Source: an uncultured Thermoanaerobaculia bacterium (GTDB lineage: Bacteria; Acidobacteriota; Thermoanaerobaculia; Thermoanaerobaculales; Sulfomarinibacteraceae). From it: 64,000 nucleotides of DNA. Where the stretch lies: the NCBI GenBank assembly GCA_964641415.1, contig CAZXMW010000001.1:66545-130544 (forward strand), in the 5' to 3' direction. This document shows positions 36,270 through 45,010 of the stretch, in pieces. The position numbers and the translations under genes were made by a program. Every line of letters begins with the position of its first letter. Positions within the stretch are counted from its first letter, which is position 1. The notes under the pieces are model-generated. The model searched no databases. It saw only the letters and a list, made by a program, of their open reading frames with translations, and was not told where the DNA came from.

Positions 36270-37951
36270 GCTTCCTCCTGGATTGTCTCGTCCCTCGTCA
36301 TGGCGCGGCTGATGAGTGCGCCGCCGTGGTCGCCATCCTCCGGGTAGCCCGCCGGCCCGAGGACCCGAGGCGGTGTCGCGCTCGAGCTTCTTGGGTCCTT
36401 GAAGCTACTGGCGATGGCCGCCGCGAGCTTGCGGCGGACCACCCACGCGCTCGCGAGGGGCGTGCTCAGGAGCACGGCGATCACCCGATCATGGGCAGGC
36501 TGCCGACAGACCACATCCAGGGATCGCGGCAACAGCCGGTCGACCATGTCGGCGACGGCGTCAAAACGCCCGCTGGTGCGAGCCGGCCGGGCGGCTTGCG
36601 CCGGATCGCCGCACTCGACGACGAGGATGGAAAAGTACGGGTGGGCCCGGAACGAGCTTCGGACTTGGTTTTCGAACGCGATCGTTTCGGTCGCCCGCTC
36701 CGACGGCCGGGGCAGGGCGAAGAAGAACCTGGAGCCCGCTCCGGGCTCGGACTCGACTTCGAGCTCGCTGCCGTGACCGCGGATCAGGTCGCGGCAGATA
36801 GTGAGACCGAGGCCGGTTCCCTTGGGTTTGTCGTCGGCCGTGCCGCCGGCCTGGTAGAAGGGCTCGAAGATCTTGACCTGGTCGGTGGTTTCGAGTCCGA
36901 CGCCGGTATCGCTGACCGCGACGGTGACCCCGTGATCACCCGCGGCCTCCGCGCTCACCGTCACGGCGCCGCCCTCGGGCGTCGCCTTGATGGCGTTGCT
37001 CACGAGGTTGACGACGACCTGCTCGATGCGGGCCGCATCCGCAAATGCCTCGAGCTCCCCGTCGACGCCGTCGACGCTCAGCTCGACGCCCGACGCCGCC
37101 GCCTGGGGACCGAACGGGTCGACGATCTCGGCCAGGAAGCTCTGAAGCCGGACCGGTCCTGGAGAGATGGTCAGTGAGCCCGACTCGGCCTTCGCCATGT
37201 CGAGGAGGTCGGAGACGATGAGCTGGAGACGGTCTGCGTTGCGCCGGATCATCTGCAGAAATCGCGCGTTGGCCTCGGGCTCGGCGACGGGGTCGATGAG
37301 CGAGGTCGCGTTCTTGATCGCCGTGAGCGGGCTCTTGAGCTCGTGGGACACGGTGGAGACGAACTTCGACTTGATGTCGCTCTGCCGCCGCAGCTCCTCG
37401 TTGGCCGCCGCGAGGGCGCGCCGGTTGCGCTCGAGGCTCTCGATGATCGCCTGCTCCTTGCTCACCCGGTGGCGCTCGCGACGCAGCCGGTCGACCAGGT
37501 AGCCGTAGAAGATCGCCACCGAGAACAGGAACGGCAGGCGGATCAGGGTCTGGGTCGTCACGACCTCGTCGACGCCGCCGGTGCGCGCCACGAGCACGAC
37601 GTAGGCGAAGCAGACCACGGCCACGCCGAGGGCGATGAGGCGGATGTTCTCGCCGACGCCGGCGAGAAAGAGCACGAAGAAGTAGAGATAGAAGAACTCC
37701 GAGGTGAAGCGGCCGGTCGCGAGCAGGGCGATGGTGATCCACGCCGTGTCGACGACGACGGTGACGGCAATGAGCCAGGGCGAGTGCAGCACCCGCACCG
37801 GCAGGCCGAGGGCGCAGACGTTCGACAGGATCACCACCACCAACAGAACCATCAGCGGCGCCGGCACCGACCGCGACCCGAACTCGGCGATGAGCAGGTA
37901 GCTGGTCGCGATGATGAGGGTGAAGCGCAGCAGGATGAACGAGCGGTCCAT
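36266..37951 (-). CDS. Membrane histidine kinase with C-terminal degenerate GGDEF-fold extension (561 aa from ATG 37951; ORF opens at 38050)
   Basis: About 6 hydrophobic helices. H-box is SHELKSPLTAI; ATP boxes are NLVSNAIKAT, DTGVGL, GTGLGLTI. A tail of about 170 aa follows the GGDEF topology (YFSILVVECGD...LDVVCRQPAHDRVIAVLLST...) with PAHDR in place of GGDEF. Confidence 0.85.
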   Translation of the reverse strand: MDRSFILLRFTLIIATSYLLIAEFGSRSVPAPLMVLLVVVILSNVCALGLPVRVLHSPWLIAVTVVVDTAWITIALLATGRFTSEFFYLYFFVLFLAGVGENIRLIALGVAVVCFAYVVLVARTGGVDEVVTTQTLIRLPFLFSVAIFYGYLVDRLRRERHRVSKEQAIIESLERNRRALAAANEELRRQSDIKSKFVSTVSHELKSPLTAIKNATSLIDPVAEPEANARFLQMIRRNADRLQLIVSDLLDMAKAESGSLTISPGPVRLQSFLAEIVDPFGPQAAASGVELSVDGVDGELEAFADAARIEQVVVNLVSNAIKATPEGGAVTVSAEAAGDHGVTVAVSDTGVGLETTDQVKIFEPFYQAGGTADDKPKGTGLGLTICRDLIRGHGSELEVESEPGAGSRFFFALPRPSERATETIAFENQVRSSFRAHPYFSILVVECGDPAQAARPARTSGRFDAVADMVDRLLPRSLDVVCRQPAHDRVIAVLLSTPLASAWVVRRKLAAAIASSFKDPRSSSATPPRVLGPAGYPEDGDHGGALISRAMTRDETIQEEA

Positions 37952-38128
37952 GATCGGCGAGCCCGAGCCCGCGACCTGGTCCGCGACGGGGCTGTCCGGT
38001 AATCTGCTCACGCGCGCTCCAAACCTGGAAGCTCGATCCGGCCACTGCACTTCATTCTACCCGAAGCTCCACCCGGAACGACGTTTCCGGCTCGGCGCCA
38101 GAGTCAGAGGGCCGCGTCGTCCGGGCGG

Positions 38129-38145
38129 CGTTCGGTTTCCGGACA
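38129..38145 (+). promoter_or_regulatory. Second, weaker UAS-like site CGTTCGGTTTCCGGACA
   Basis: 14/17 match to TGTCCGGATTCCGGACA; lies 77 bp upstream of the perfect site. Confidence 0.35.
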
Positions 38146-38205
38146 GGGCATCGGACGGGCGGTCACGCAACGGCGGCGGGGCGGATCGGGCGGTCGGGGA
38201 AGTAT

Positions 38206-38222
38206 TGTCCGGATTCCGGACA
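38206..38222 (+). promoter_or_regulatory. Perfect 8-1-8 palindrome TGTCCGGATTCCGGACA (putative enhancer for the sigma-54 activator)
   Basis: Perfect inverted repeat. Its centre lies about 173 nt upstream of the predicted sigma-54 start site. Close variants occur at 24787 and 44916. Confidence 0.55.
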
Positions 38223-38360
38223 GTGTGCCGGGCGCGGTCGAGAATGAAGCGATGGCGGGCCCTTCCATGCGATCGGCCGGCGCCTGTCCCATTTCGCGAC
38301 GGTTGTCCCGAAACGGGAAGGCGGCGACGGCAGCCGCCGGAGATCCGCAGGCCGAGAACC

Positions 38361-38376
38361 TGGCATGGACCTTGCT
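38361..38376 (+). promoter_or_regulatory. Sigma-54 (-24/-12) promoter TGGCATggaccTTGCT
   Basis: GG at 38362-63 and GC at 38374-75 with canonical spacing. It lies upstream of the fimbrial operon, giving a leader of about 150 nt. Confidence 0.7.
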
Positions 38377-38538
38377 GTCATGTTCGGGCATGAAGTGTGT
38401 CGGTTCCCTCCGCCGCGGGCACAACCCCCTCCGCCGAGCTCGACAGGGCGAGGTCGAGAGTGGCGTCGCAGCCCGTTCGTCAACCCAGAAAACCACGCCG
38501 GCAACCCCGGCAGGACCTTCGTTCAAGGGAGAAGAGAA

Positions 38539-39126
38539 ATGAAGAAGATCGTTGTTGCGTGTTTGCTCGTTGTGGGTGCGTTCCTGGTCGCGCCGGGCTC
38601 GGCCTCGGCCCAGGCGACCGGTGACGTGGACGTCTCGATCACCGTCAACGGGTTCGTGATCCTGTACTACTACGACACCGTGGCGATCACCATCCCCTCC
38701 AACGTGATGGCCCAGGCTCTCGCGGGCGCCGACGCCAACGGCGGCGTCGGGAGCCCTCTCGGGTCCATGGCCGCGACGTCGCTCGGCGCGGGCGTTCTGA
38801 CTGCGCCCAACGCGACCGCTCCCGGTGGCACCGCGCCCGGCAGCGACGCCACCCTGACCATTCAGAACGCGTGGTCGATCCGCGGCCTCACCGCCAACGG
38901 CGTCGATGTCGCCGTGCTCGACAACGGCAACGACCTGACCCACGCGAGCGCGGGCACGATCGAAGTCGACCAGGCTCGCTGCGCCGGTTCCTGCACCGAC
39001 CTCGACCCCACGCTCGGGTCGGTGCTGAGCGGCGGCGTCGAGCTCGACCTGGACTTCGCGGGCGTCACAGGCCCCGGGACCTTCTCGAGCGCGGCCACGT
39101 ACACCATCACGGCGACCGTGCTGTAG
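38539..39126 (+). CDS. Secreted fimbrial-subunit-like protein A (195 aa)
   Basis: AAGGGAGAAG RBS precedes ATG 38539. Signal peptide is MKKIVVACLLVVGAFLVAPGSASA. The protein is Gly/Ala/Thr-rich and beta-type, has one Cys pair (CAGSC), and is first gene of a chaperone-usher-like operon. Confidence 0.7.
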   Translation: MKKIVVACLLVVGAFLVAPGSASAQATGDVDVSITVNGFVILYYYDTVAITIPSNVMAQALAGADANGGVGSPLGSMAATSLGAGVLTAPNATAPGGTAPGSDATLTIQNAWSIRGLTANGVDVAVLDNGNDLTHASAGTIEVDQARCAGSCTDLDPTLGSVLSGGVELDLDFAGVTGPGTFSSAATYTITATVL

Positions 39127-39148
39127 AAGGTGTCTGCGAGGTCGAGCC

Positions 39149-39778
39149 ATGAAGCCGACCGGCTTTGATCGCGACCGGGACCGGGTGCTGCGCCCGGTCC
39201 CGGTGGTCGTGGTTGCCGCCGTCGCCACAGTCTTTTTCTTGGCGGCGGCGGCGCCGGCCGAGGCACAATCGCCGCGCGGCGCCGACCTCCGGGCCGGCTC
39301 GAGCGAGCTCTGGATCGAACGGCACGCCCGGCTCGAGCCCGTGACGTCGGTCGACTTCGGCGGCGGCGCCGGCGCCCGGCCCGAGCAAGCGCCGGAGTCT
39401 CTCGCCACCTCCCTCGGCGGCCGGGGCCGCCTGACGACCGGGTTCGCGGCGCCCCCGGTCGGACCCTCGACCTTTGTCGTCCGGCGCGAGGTCGACGGCC
39501 TCTGGCGGGTTCGCAGCCGTGGCCCGGGCGCGGCGGTCGCGACGCGGGTCGACTATGATTTCATCGGGGCCAACGGTGAGCCCGGCGTGCTGAGCCACGT
39601 CACCGACGACCGGTCGGTGATCCCGGTACGGGTCGTCGAGCTGCCGCAGCGGGTCAGGGAACGCCCGGGCGGCGGGGCCACCGTGGAAGGAGGGGTCATG
39701 CTGGAGATGGACTTGGCTCGGGCTCGGGAGGCGGGCGGCTACGGCGGGACCTTGCTGGTCACCGTCGTCCAGCTGTGA
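39149..39778 (+). CDS. Secreted fimbrial-subunit-like protein B (209 aa)
   Basis: Signal-anchor reads VVVVAAVATVFFLAAAAPAEAQ. The C-terminal strand GGYGGTLLVTVVQL resembles the terminal beta-strand of pilus subunits. It starts 22 nt after the previous gene. Confidence 0.6.
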   Translation: MKPTGFDRDRDRVLRPVPVVVVAAVATVFFLAAAAPAEAQSPRGADLRAGSSELWIERHARLEPVTSVDFGGGAGARPEQAPESLATSLGGRGRLTTGFAAPPVGPSTFVVRREVDGLWRVRSRGPGAAVATRVDYDFIGANGEPGVLSHVTDDRSVIPVRVVELPQRVRERPGGGATVEGGVMLEMDLARAREAGGYGGTLLVTVVQL

Positions 39779-39785
39779 GCCGGCC

Positions 39786-40766
39786 GTGATTCTGCTGACA
39801 CATCAGAGGTCTCCGGTGCACGCGGCGAGCCCTCCAACCTGCGCTCGCCGGGTTCTTCTGTCCGTGGTGTTGATGCTCGCTGCGGCGCCGGCTCTCGCCC
39901 AGATCGGCGTCAGCCCGCCGCGCACCGAGTTCAGTCTCGACGACGGTCGGGCGACCCACACCATCCGGGTCTTCAACGTCGGCGGCGAGACCGTCGAGGT
40001 CGCGGTGGAGATCAGCCACTGGGATCTGGACGAGGACAACCGGGTCCGGATCATCCCGCCCACGGAGCAGTCGCTCGACCAGTGGCTGGTCGTCAACCCG
40101 CTGCGCTTCACCCTGGCGCCGGGCGGCGCCCAGGCGGTTCGTCTCGCCGCCCGGCCCCGGGTCGAGCCTGAGCCGGGCGAGCACCGGGCGCTGCTGTACT
40201 TTCGGCAGATCCCCCCGACGCACGAGGATGGCTCGGTCGACGGCACCAAGGTCCTGTTTCGGCTCGGGACCTCGGTGATCGGCCTCGCGCAACCGGTCGT
40301 CCGGGAAGCGGTGGTTCATGAGATGACCGTCGAAGCATCGGGGATCCGGGTCGACATCGAGAGCCTCGGCAACACCCATGTGCGCCTCGCCGGTCAATGG
40401 GCGGTGTGGCCGGCCGAGGTCTACCCGGGGCGAGAGAAGACCGGGCCCATCGAGGGCCTGGAAACAGATGAAGAGGTTGCGCTGCCGGACGGCGTCGTCG
40501 CGGCCCGGATGCTGAGCTCGCTGCCGGTCCTTCCGGGAACGCGGCGGGTGATCCCGACCGGCTTCGGCCTGCCCCTGGAGCCCGGCGCCTACGTCGTCGA
40601 CGTGCACGGCGAGGTCGCCGGGGTCGACGTCGGCGGCGCGTTCGAGATGACCGTGGAGCCGCCGCCGGACGACGAGCCGATGTCGACTCCCGCGCCCGTC
40701 CCGACGCCGGCTCCGACGCTACCGCCGGCAGACGAGCCGGAGGCTGCGCCCACCGACGGCGGGTAG
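39786..40766 (+). CDS. PapD-like periplasmic pilus chaperone with Pro/Ala-rich tail (326 aa)
   Basis: A signal peptide is followed by IGVSPPRTEFSLDDGRATHTIRVFNVGGETVEVAVEISHW...LVVNPLRFTLAPGGAQAVRLAARP, the typical chaperone N-domain pattern. The tail reads PPPDDEPMSTPAPVPTPAPTLPPADEPEAAP. Confidence 0.7.
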   Translation: MILLTHQRSPVHAASPPTCARRVLLSVVLMLAAAPALAQIGVSPPRTEFSLDDGRATHTIRVFNVGGETVEVAVEISHWDLDEDNRVRIIPPTEQSLDQWLVVNPLRFTLAPGGAQAVRLAARPRVEPEPGEHRALLYFRQIPPTHEDGSVDGTKVLFRLGTSVIGLAQPVVREAVVHEMTVEASGIRVDIESLGNTHVRLAGQWAVWPAEVYPGREKTGPIEGLETDEEVALPDGVVAARMLSSLPVLPGTRRVIPTGFGLPLEPGAYVVDVHGEVAGVDVGGAFEMTVEPPPDDEPMSTPAPVPTPAPTLPPADEPEAAPTDGG

Positions 40767-40776
40767 GGCCCGGTTC

Positions 40777-43365
40777 ATGGGGGGCTCCGTGCGGGCGAGA
40801 ACGGCGCCGGTTGCCGCGCTGCTTGCGGTCACTGTGCTCGCAGCGCTCCCGGCGTCGGCGGCGTCCATCGCCGCGACTCTCCTCGCCGACATCGCGCCGG
40901 CCGAGACCGGCATCCTGGTCGGCGTGATCGTCAACGGCGTCGAGGTCGGCTCGGTCGAGGTCGTGCGACGGGACGGCGAGCTGCTGCTGCCGCTGGTCGA
41001 GGTCGTCGAGCTCATCGGCGCCGAGCTCGAGGAGGCCGACGGCGCCGTGGCCGTGTCGACGCCGATTGGGCGCGTGACGCTCGCGCTTGACGAGGTCGTC
41101 CGCGTCGACGGCGTGCTGATGGCGCCGTTCGAACTCTTCGAGGCGCGGCTCGCGACCGGTGTCGCCTTCGACCGCCAGGAGTTCGCCCTGCTCTTCGACG
41201 TGCCGTGGTCGCGGCCGGGCGAGGCGCCGGGAGCGGCGGCAGCCGCCGAGCTCGGCCCCGCTGATTTCACCCCGCCGGCAGCGACCCTGGCCACGCTGCA
41301 GGCCGACCTCCGGGCCGCCCGCGAGTCCGGGCGGGACGTCTACCAGACCTCGACGGTGGCCGAGGGCCGGCTCGCCTCGGGCTGGTGGCGGGTCCGTTAC
41401 GAAGACGACCTCGACACCTCTCATCGCTTCGAGGAGTACTCGTGGCTGCGGACCAGCGGCCGCCGCCAGCTCCTGCTCGGCCACCAACGGCTGCGGCTGC
41501 ACCCGATCTTCGACAGTCTCGAGCTCACCGGCGCCCAGCTCGCCTACACCAACGTCGACCTCGACTCCTTCAGCCGGTCGCGGGAGGCGCGCGAGTTGCT
41601 GTCGCGGCGCATGCAGTCGGTGACCACGGTGCGGGGCTTCGGGCCGCCGGGCGGGCTTGCCGAAATTCGAATCGACGGCGTCCCCCTCGACCGCCGGACC
41701 ATCGCGCTGAACGGCACCTACGAGTTCACCCAGGTACTGCTGCCGTCGCGCCAGGCGACCCGGATCGAGGTCTACGTCTACGACCGCTCGAACCTGCTCA
41801 TCCCGGTGGCGATCGTCGACGAGACCCGGCGCGCCTTCGACCTGCTGATGGAGGACGGCGCGGTCGTCCACCAGGGCGGGCTCGGCAGCCAGGGCAACCT
41901 GGCGGACGATCAGCGGGAGGTCGCCGGCGACGGCGAGCTCGCGGGCTTCTACCAGCTCCGCTACGGCGTCAGCGACCGGCTGACGGTGGAGGCCGCCGCC
42001 CAGCGGGTCGCCGGTCGTGACCAGCTCCAGGCCGGGGTCGTCGCCCGCCTCGGCGCGGGCTTGGTCGCCTCGCTCGGCGCCGTCGCCTCCGACGAGGCCC
42101 TCGGCTACGACCTCGAGCTCAGCGGCCAGTGGGACCGGTGGTGGCTGCAGGGGAGGTCCTACGAGACCGAGGAGGGCTTTCGGGTGGCGAGCCCCGACCG
42201 CGAGTTCGACCACTATCTCGAGCTCGGGCTCGACGCGGGCCGCCGCCTCGACCTGTCCCTGATCGCCCGCCGCCGGGACGGTCCGACCGGCGAGGCCGAC
42301 TACCTCCTGCCGGCGGTCAGCTGGCGGCCGGTCGATTCGATGTCGGTGCGGATCCGACCCGACCTCGACGGCCGCTACATGGGCAACCTGTGGTGGCGGA
42401 TCGACCGTCGAAGCCGGCTCGGCGTCGACGTCCTCGAGGACCTGTCGACCAGCGCCGAGCTGTCCCGCGACGTCGGCGCAAGGAGTACAGTTCGTCTCGG
42501 CGCCGACCTTCGCTCCGGTCTCCCCGACCGCTACTCGGCGACGTACGAGACCGACCTGGATCTCGCTGCCAGGACGACGCTTTCGGCCGGCGCCCTGGTC
42601 GCCGACGGCGAGCTCGGCTACGAGGCCCGGGCGACCATCGGCATCGATCCCGGTTTTCTGGTCAACGTCGAGATCCGCGACGACCCCTCGCTGCGCGGCT
42701 TCGGCGAGGACTCGGGCCGGCGCTACTTCGTCGGGATGTCCATCGACCTCGGCTTCGCCGGTGGGCGCATCATCCCGGCCCACCGCGGCGCGGTCCGCGA
42801 CGACCGGGGCGCCATCGCCGGGGTCGTCCGGGCGGCCGAGGACAGCGCCGGCAGGCGCCGCCTCGACAACGTGCTGGTGCTCGTCGACGGCGCCCGCGGC
42901 GGCCGCACCGACGCCAGCGGGACCTTCTTCGCCGGCCGCCTCGCCGCCGGCCTGCACGTGGTCGAGCTCGACAGCGAGAACCTGCCCATCGAGCTGGTGC
43001 CCGACCGCAGCCGGTGGCTCGTGGAGGTGGCGCCGGGCGCCGTGACCAGAGTCGACTTCACGGTCCATGCCGAGTACGGCATCGCCGGCCGGGTCACCGA
43101 TGCCGCGGGCCGGGCGCTGCCGGGGTGGACGGTGGCGGTGCTCGACTCAGCCGGCCGGGTGGTCGGCCGGGCCACGACCGACCGCTTCGGGCTGTACCGC
43201 GTCGACGGCATGCCGACCGGCGTCTACCAGGTCGGGGTGCTCGACGATCCCACGGCCGAGACGCCCGAGACCCTGGCGACCCGGGAGATCGAGATCGTCG
43301 ACGACTTCCTGTTCGGTCAGGACCTGATGCTGCCGTTCGAGGTTCCGGCGCCTCCTGAGAGCTGA
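40777..43365 (+). CDS. Outer-membrane usher-like protein with two C-terminal carboxypeptidase-regulatory-like beta-sandwich units (862 aa)
   Basis: Signal peptide present. The usher-like N-domain reads VGVIVNGVEVGSVEVVRRDGELLLPLVEVVELIG. A long Tyr/Arg/Asp-rich beta-barrel-like middle follows. C-terminal units read GAIAGVVRAAEDSAGRR..GTFFAGRLAAGLHVVEL and GIAGRVTDAAGRALPGWTVAVLDSAGRVVGRATTDRFGLYRVDGMPTGVYQV. Confidence 0.65.
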   Translation: MGGSVRARTAPVAALLAVTVLAALPASAASIAATLLADIAPAETGILVGVIVNGVEVGSVEVVRRDGELLLPLVEVVELIGAELEEADGAVAVSTPIGRVTLALDEVVRVDGVLMAPFELFEARLATGVAFDRQEFALLFDVPWSRPGEAPGAAAAAELGPADFTPPAATLATLQADLRAARESGRDVYQTSTVAEGRLASGWWRVRYEDDLDTSHRFEEYSWLRTSGRRQLLLGHQRLRLHPIFDSLELTGAQLAYTNVDLDSFSRSREARELLSRRMQSVTTVRGFGPPGGLAEIRIDGVPLDRRTIALNGTYEFTQVLLPSRQATRIEVYVYDRSNLLIPVAIVDETRRAFDLLMEDGAVVHQGGLGSQGNLADDQREVAGDGELAGFYQLRYGVSDRLTVEAAAQRVAGRDQLQAGVVARLGAGLVASLGAVASDEALGYDLELSGQWDRWWLQGRSYETEEGFRVASPDREFDHYLELGLDAGRRLDLSLIARRRDGPTGEADYLLPAVSWRPVDSMSVRIRPDLDGRYMGNLWWRIDRRSRLGVDVLEDLSTSAELSRDVGARSTVRLGADLRSGLPDRYSATYETDLDLAARTTLSAGALVADGELGYEARATIGIDPGFLVNVEIRDDPSLRGFGEDSGRRYFVGMSIDLGFAGGRIIPAHRGAVRDDRGAIAGVVRAAEDSAGRRRLDNVLVLVDGARGGRTDASGTFFAGRLAAGLHVVELDSENLPIELVPDRSRWLVEVAPGAVTRVDFTVHAEYGIAGRVTDAAGRALPGWTVAVLDSAGRVVGRATTDRFGLYRVDGMPTGVYQVGVLDDPTAETPETLATREIEIVDDFLFGQDLMLPFEVPAPPES

Positions 43366-43384
43366 CGGGGTCGGCGCCTCGGGC

Positions 43385-44752
43385 TCACCGGAGCCCGAGC
43401 TGGTCCAGCTTGGTGTACAGGGTCGACCGTGAAATTCCGAGGATCTTGGAAGTGCGCTGGATGTTGCTGCCGGTGGCCTCGAGGACCCGGCCGATGTGCT
43501 CCGCCTCGACCTCGGCCAGGGTCCGGTCGGTGGCCCAGTCCGAGGCTCGGCGCGGCCGCAGGGTGTCGGGCAGGTGGGCGGGGTTGAGGGTGGCGCCGTC
43601 GCCGGCCCGGATCAGGGCCGACTCGACCACGTTGCGCAGCTCGCGCGCGTTGCCGGGCCACGGGTACTTGAGCAGCAGCTCCTGGGCCCGCGCCGAGATT
43701 CGGGTGACCCGCCGCCGGACCACGGGATTGAGCTCGCCGATGAAGTGGTGGGCGAGCTCGAGAACGTCTTCGTCGCGATCCCGCAGCGGCGGGATGTCGA
43801 TCCGGAAGACGTTGAAGCGGTAGTACAGATCGGCTCGAAAACGCCCCGAAGCGACCTCCTCGCCGAGGTCGCTGTGGCTGGCGACGATGAGGCGGACGTC
43901 GGTGGAGATCTCCCGGACCCCGCCGACTCTCCGGAAGGTCTGGCTCTCCACCGCCTTGAGCAGCTTGCTCTGGGCCTGCAGGTTGAGCTCGGCGATCTCG
44001 TCGAGAAACACGGTCCCGCCGCGGGCGATCTCGAGCAGGCCGGGCTTGCGGTCGGTGGCGCTCGTGAACGCGCCCTTCTCGTGCCCGAACAGCTCCGACT
44101 CCACCAGCTGCTCGGGCAGGCTCGCGCAGTTGACCACCGTCAGCGGGCCCGTGGCCCGCCGCGAAAGCCGGTGAATGCCGCGGGCGACGATGTCCTTGCC
44201 GGTTCCGGTCTCGCCGTGGAGGACGACCGCCGAGTCGGTCTCGGCGACCGCCGCGACCAGCTCGCGCACCCCGGCGATGGCGTCGCTTCCGCCGACCAGC
44301 TCGGACAGCACGCCGTTGTGCGCGGCCCGCGACGTGTTCGCAGCCTGGTAGATCGAGACCCGGGACAGCGCCCGGTGGCGCTCGAGGGTCTGACCGACGG
44401 CGCTGAGCAGCACATCGAACGACACCGGTTTCGGCAGGAAGTTGTCGGCGCCGCGGAGCATCGCCTCGACCACGGTCCGGGTGTCGGTCTGCCCGGTGAG
44501 GATGATCACCGAGATCAGCTCGTCGCTGTCCTTGATCGTCGGCAGCACGTCGATGCCGTCCTGGTCGGGCAGGCCGAGGTCGAGCAGGACCAGCTCCGGA
44601 TCGTGGCGGGCGAGGTGGTCGAGAGCGGCCTGCGCCGCCCCCACGGTTGTCACCGAGTAGCCCTCGGCTGTCAGCCATTCGGACAGCATCTCGGCGGTGC
44701 GCGGGTCGTCCTCGACGACGAGGACGCGACCGGTGGCTGGTTGTGACGCCAT
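43385..44752 (-). CDS. NtrC-family sigma-54-dependent response regulator: REC, AAA+, Fis-HTH (455 aa from ATG 44752; ORF opens at 44875)
   Basis: Receiver reads RVLVVEDDPRTAEML...LVLLDLGLPDQDG. Walker A is GETGTGK. The sigma-54 contact loop reads GHEKGAFTSA, a GAFTGA variant. The C-terminal HTH reads NIQRTSKILGISRSTLYTKLDQLGL. Confidence 0.9.
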   Translation of the reverse strand: MASQPATGRVLVVEDDPRTAEMLSEWLTAEGYSVTTVGAAQAALDHLARHDPELVLLDLGLPDQDGIDVLPTIKDSDELISVIILTGQTDTRTVVEAMLRGADNFLPKPVSFDVLLSAVGQTLERHRALSRVSIYQAANTSRAAHNGVLSELVGGSDAIAGVRELVAAVAETDSAVVLHGETGTGKDIVARGIHRLSRRATGPLTVVNCASLPEQLVESELFGHEKGAFTSATDRKPGLLEIARGGTVFLDEIAELNLQAQSKLLKAVESQTFRRVGGVREISTDVRLIVASHSDLGEEVASGRFRADLYYRFNVFRIDIPPLRDRDEDVLELAHHFIGELNPVVRRRVTRISARAQELLLKYPWPGNARELRNVVESALIRAGDGATLNPAHLPDTLRPRRASDWATDRTLAEVEAEHIGRVLEATGSNIQRTSKILGISRSTLYTKLDQLGLR

Positions 44753-44812
44753 GTCGGTCTCAATTGTACCTGATGTCGCCGGGTTGTCACAGGCGTCCGA
44801 AGCCGGGACGCC

Positions 44813-44829
44813 TGGCCGGAATCCGGACA
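44813..44829 (+). promoter_or_regulatory. UAS-like site TGGCCGGAATCCGGACA, with an extra CCGGACA half-site at 44834-44840
   Basis: 15/17 match to TGTCCGGATTCCGGACA. It lies 61 nt upstream of the activator gene start, a position compatible with autoregulation. Confidence 0.4.
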
Positions 44830-44915
44830 GTCCCCGGACATCCGCCCCGACGCCGCCCAGGACGCCCGACAGCACGGGCGAGGGCCGACTCCGGCTCCTG
44901 CCGCGCCGGCGAGAG

Positions 44916-44932
44916 TGTCCGGATATTGGACA
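44916..44932 (+). promoter_or_regulatory. UAS palindrome TGTCCGGATATTGGACA
   Basis: TGTCC-N7-GGACA, 14/17 match to the 38206 site (GTGTCC...GGACAC if extended). Its centre lies about 113 nt upstream of the predicted start site of the 45011 sigma-54 promoter. Confidence 0.5.
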
Positions 44933-44983
44933 CTTTCTGAGTCGGTTCCGGAGTCGTCTGTGAGGTTTTAACTATTTGAGAAA

Positions 44984-44996
44984 CAATAACTTGATG
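44984..44996 (-). promoter_or_regulatory. IHF-like site CATCAAGTTATTG in an AT-rich island between UAS and sigma-54 promoter
   Basis: Matches WATCAA-N4-TTR except the first base. It sits inside a conspicuous AT-rich stretch (about 44961-45005) in otherwise GC-rich DNA. Confidence 0.3.
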
Positions 44997-45010
44997 ACTT
45001 CTTGACGGAG

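Noticed and set aside
38104-43068. Minus-strand ORFs 38104-39408 (434 aa) and 40108-43068 (986 aa)
   Set aside because: They are antisense to the chaperone-usher operon, whose plus-strand genes have RBSs, signal peptides and family motifs. The translations are Arg/Pro/Gly-rich.
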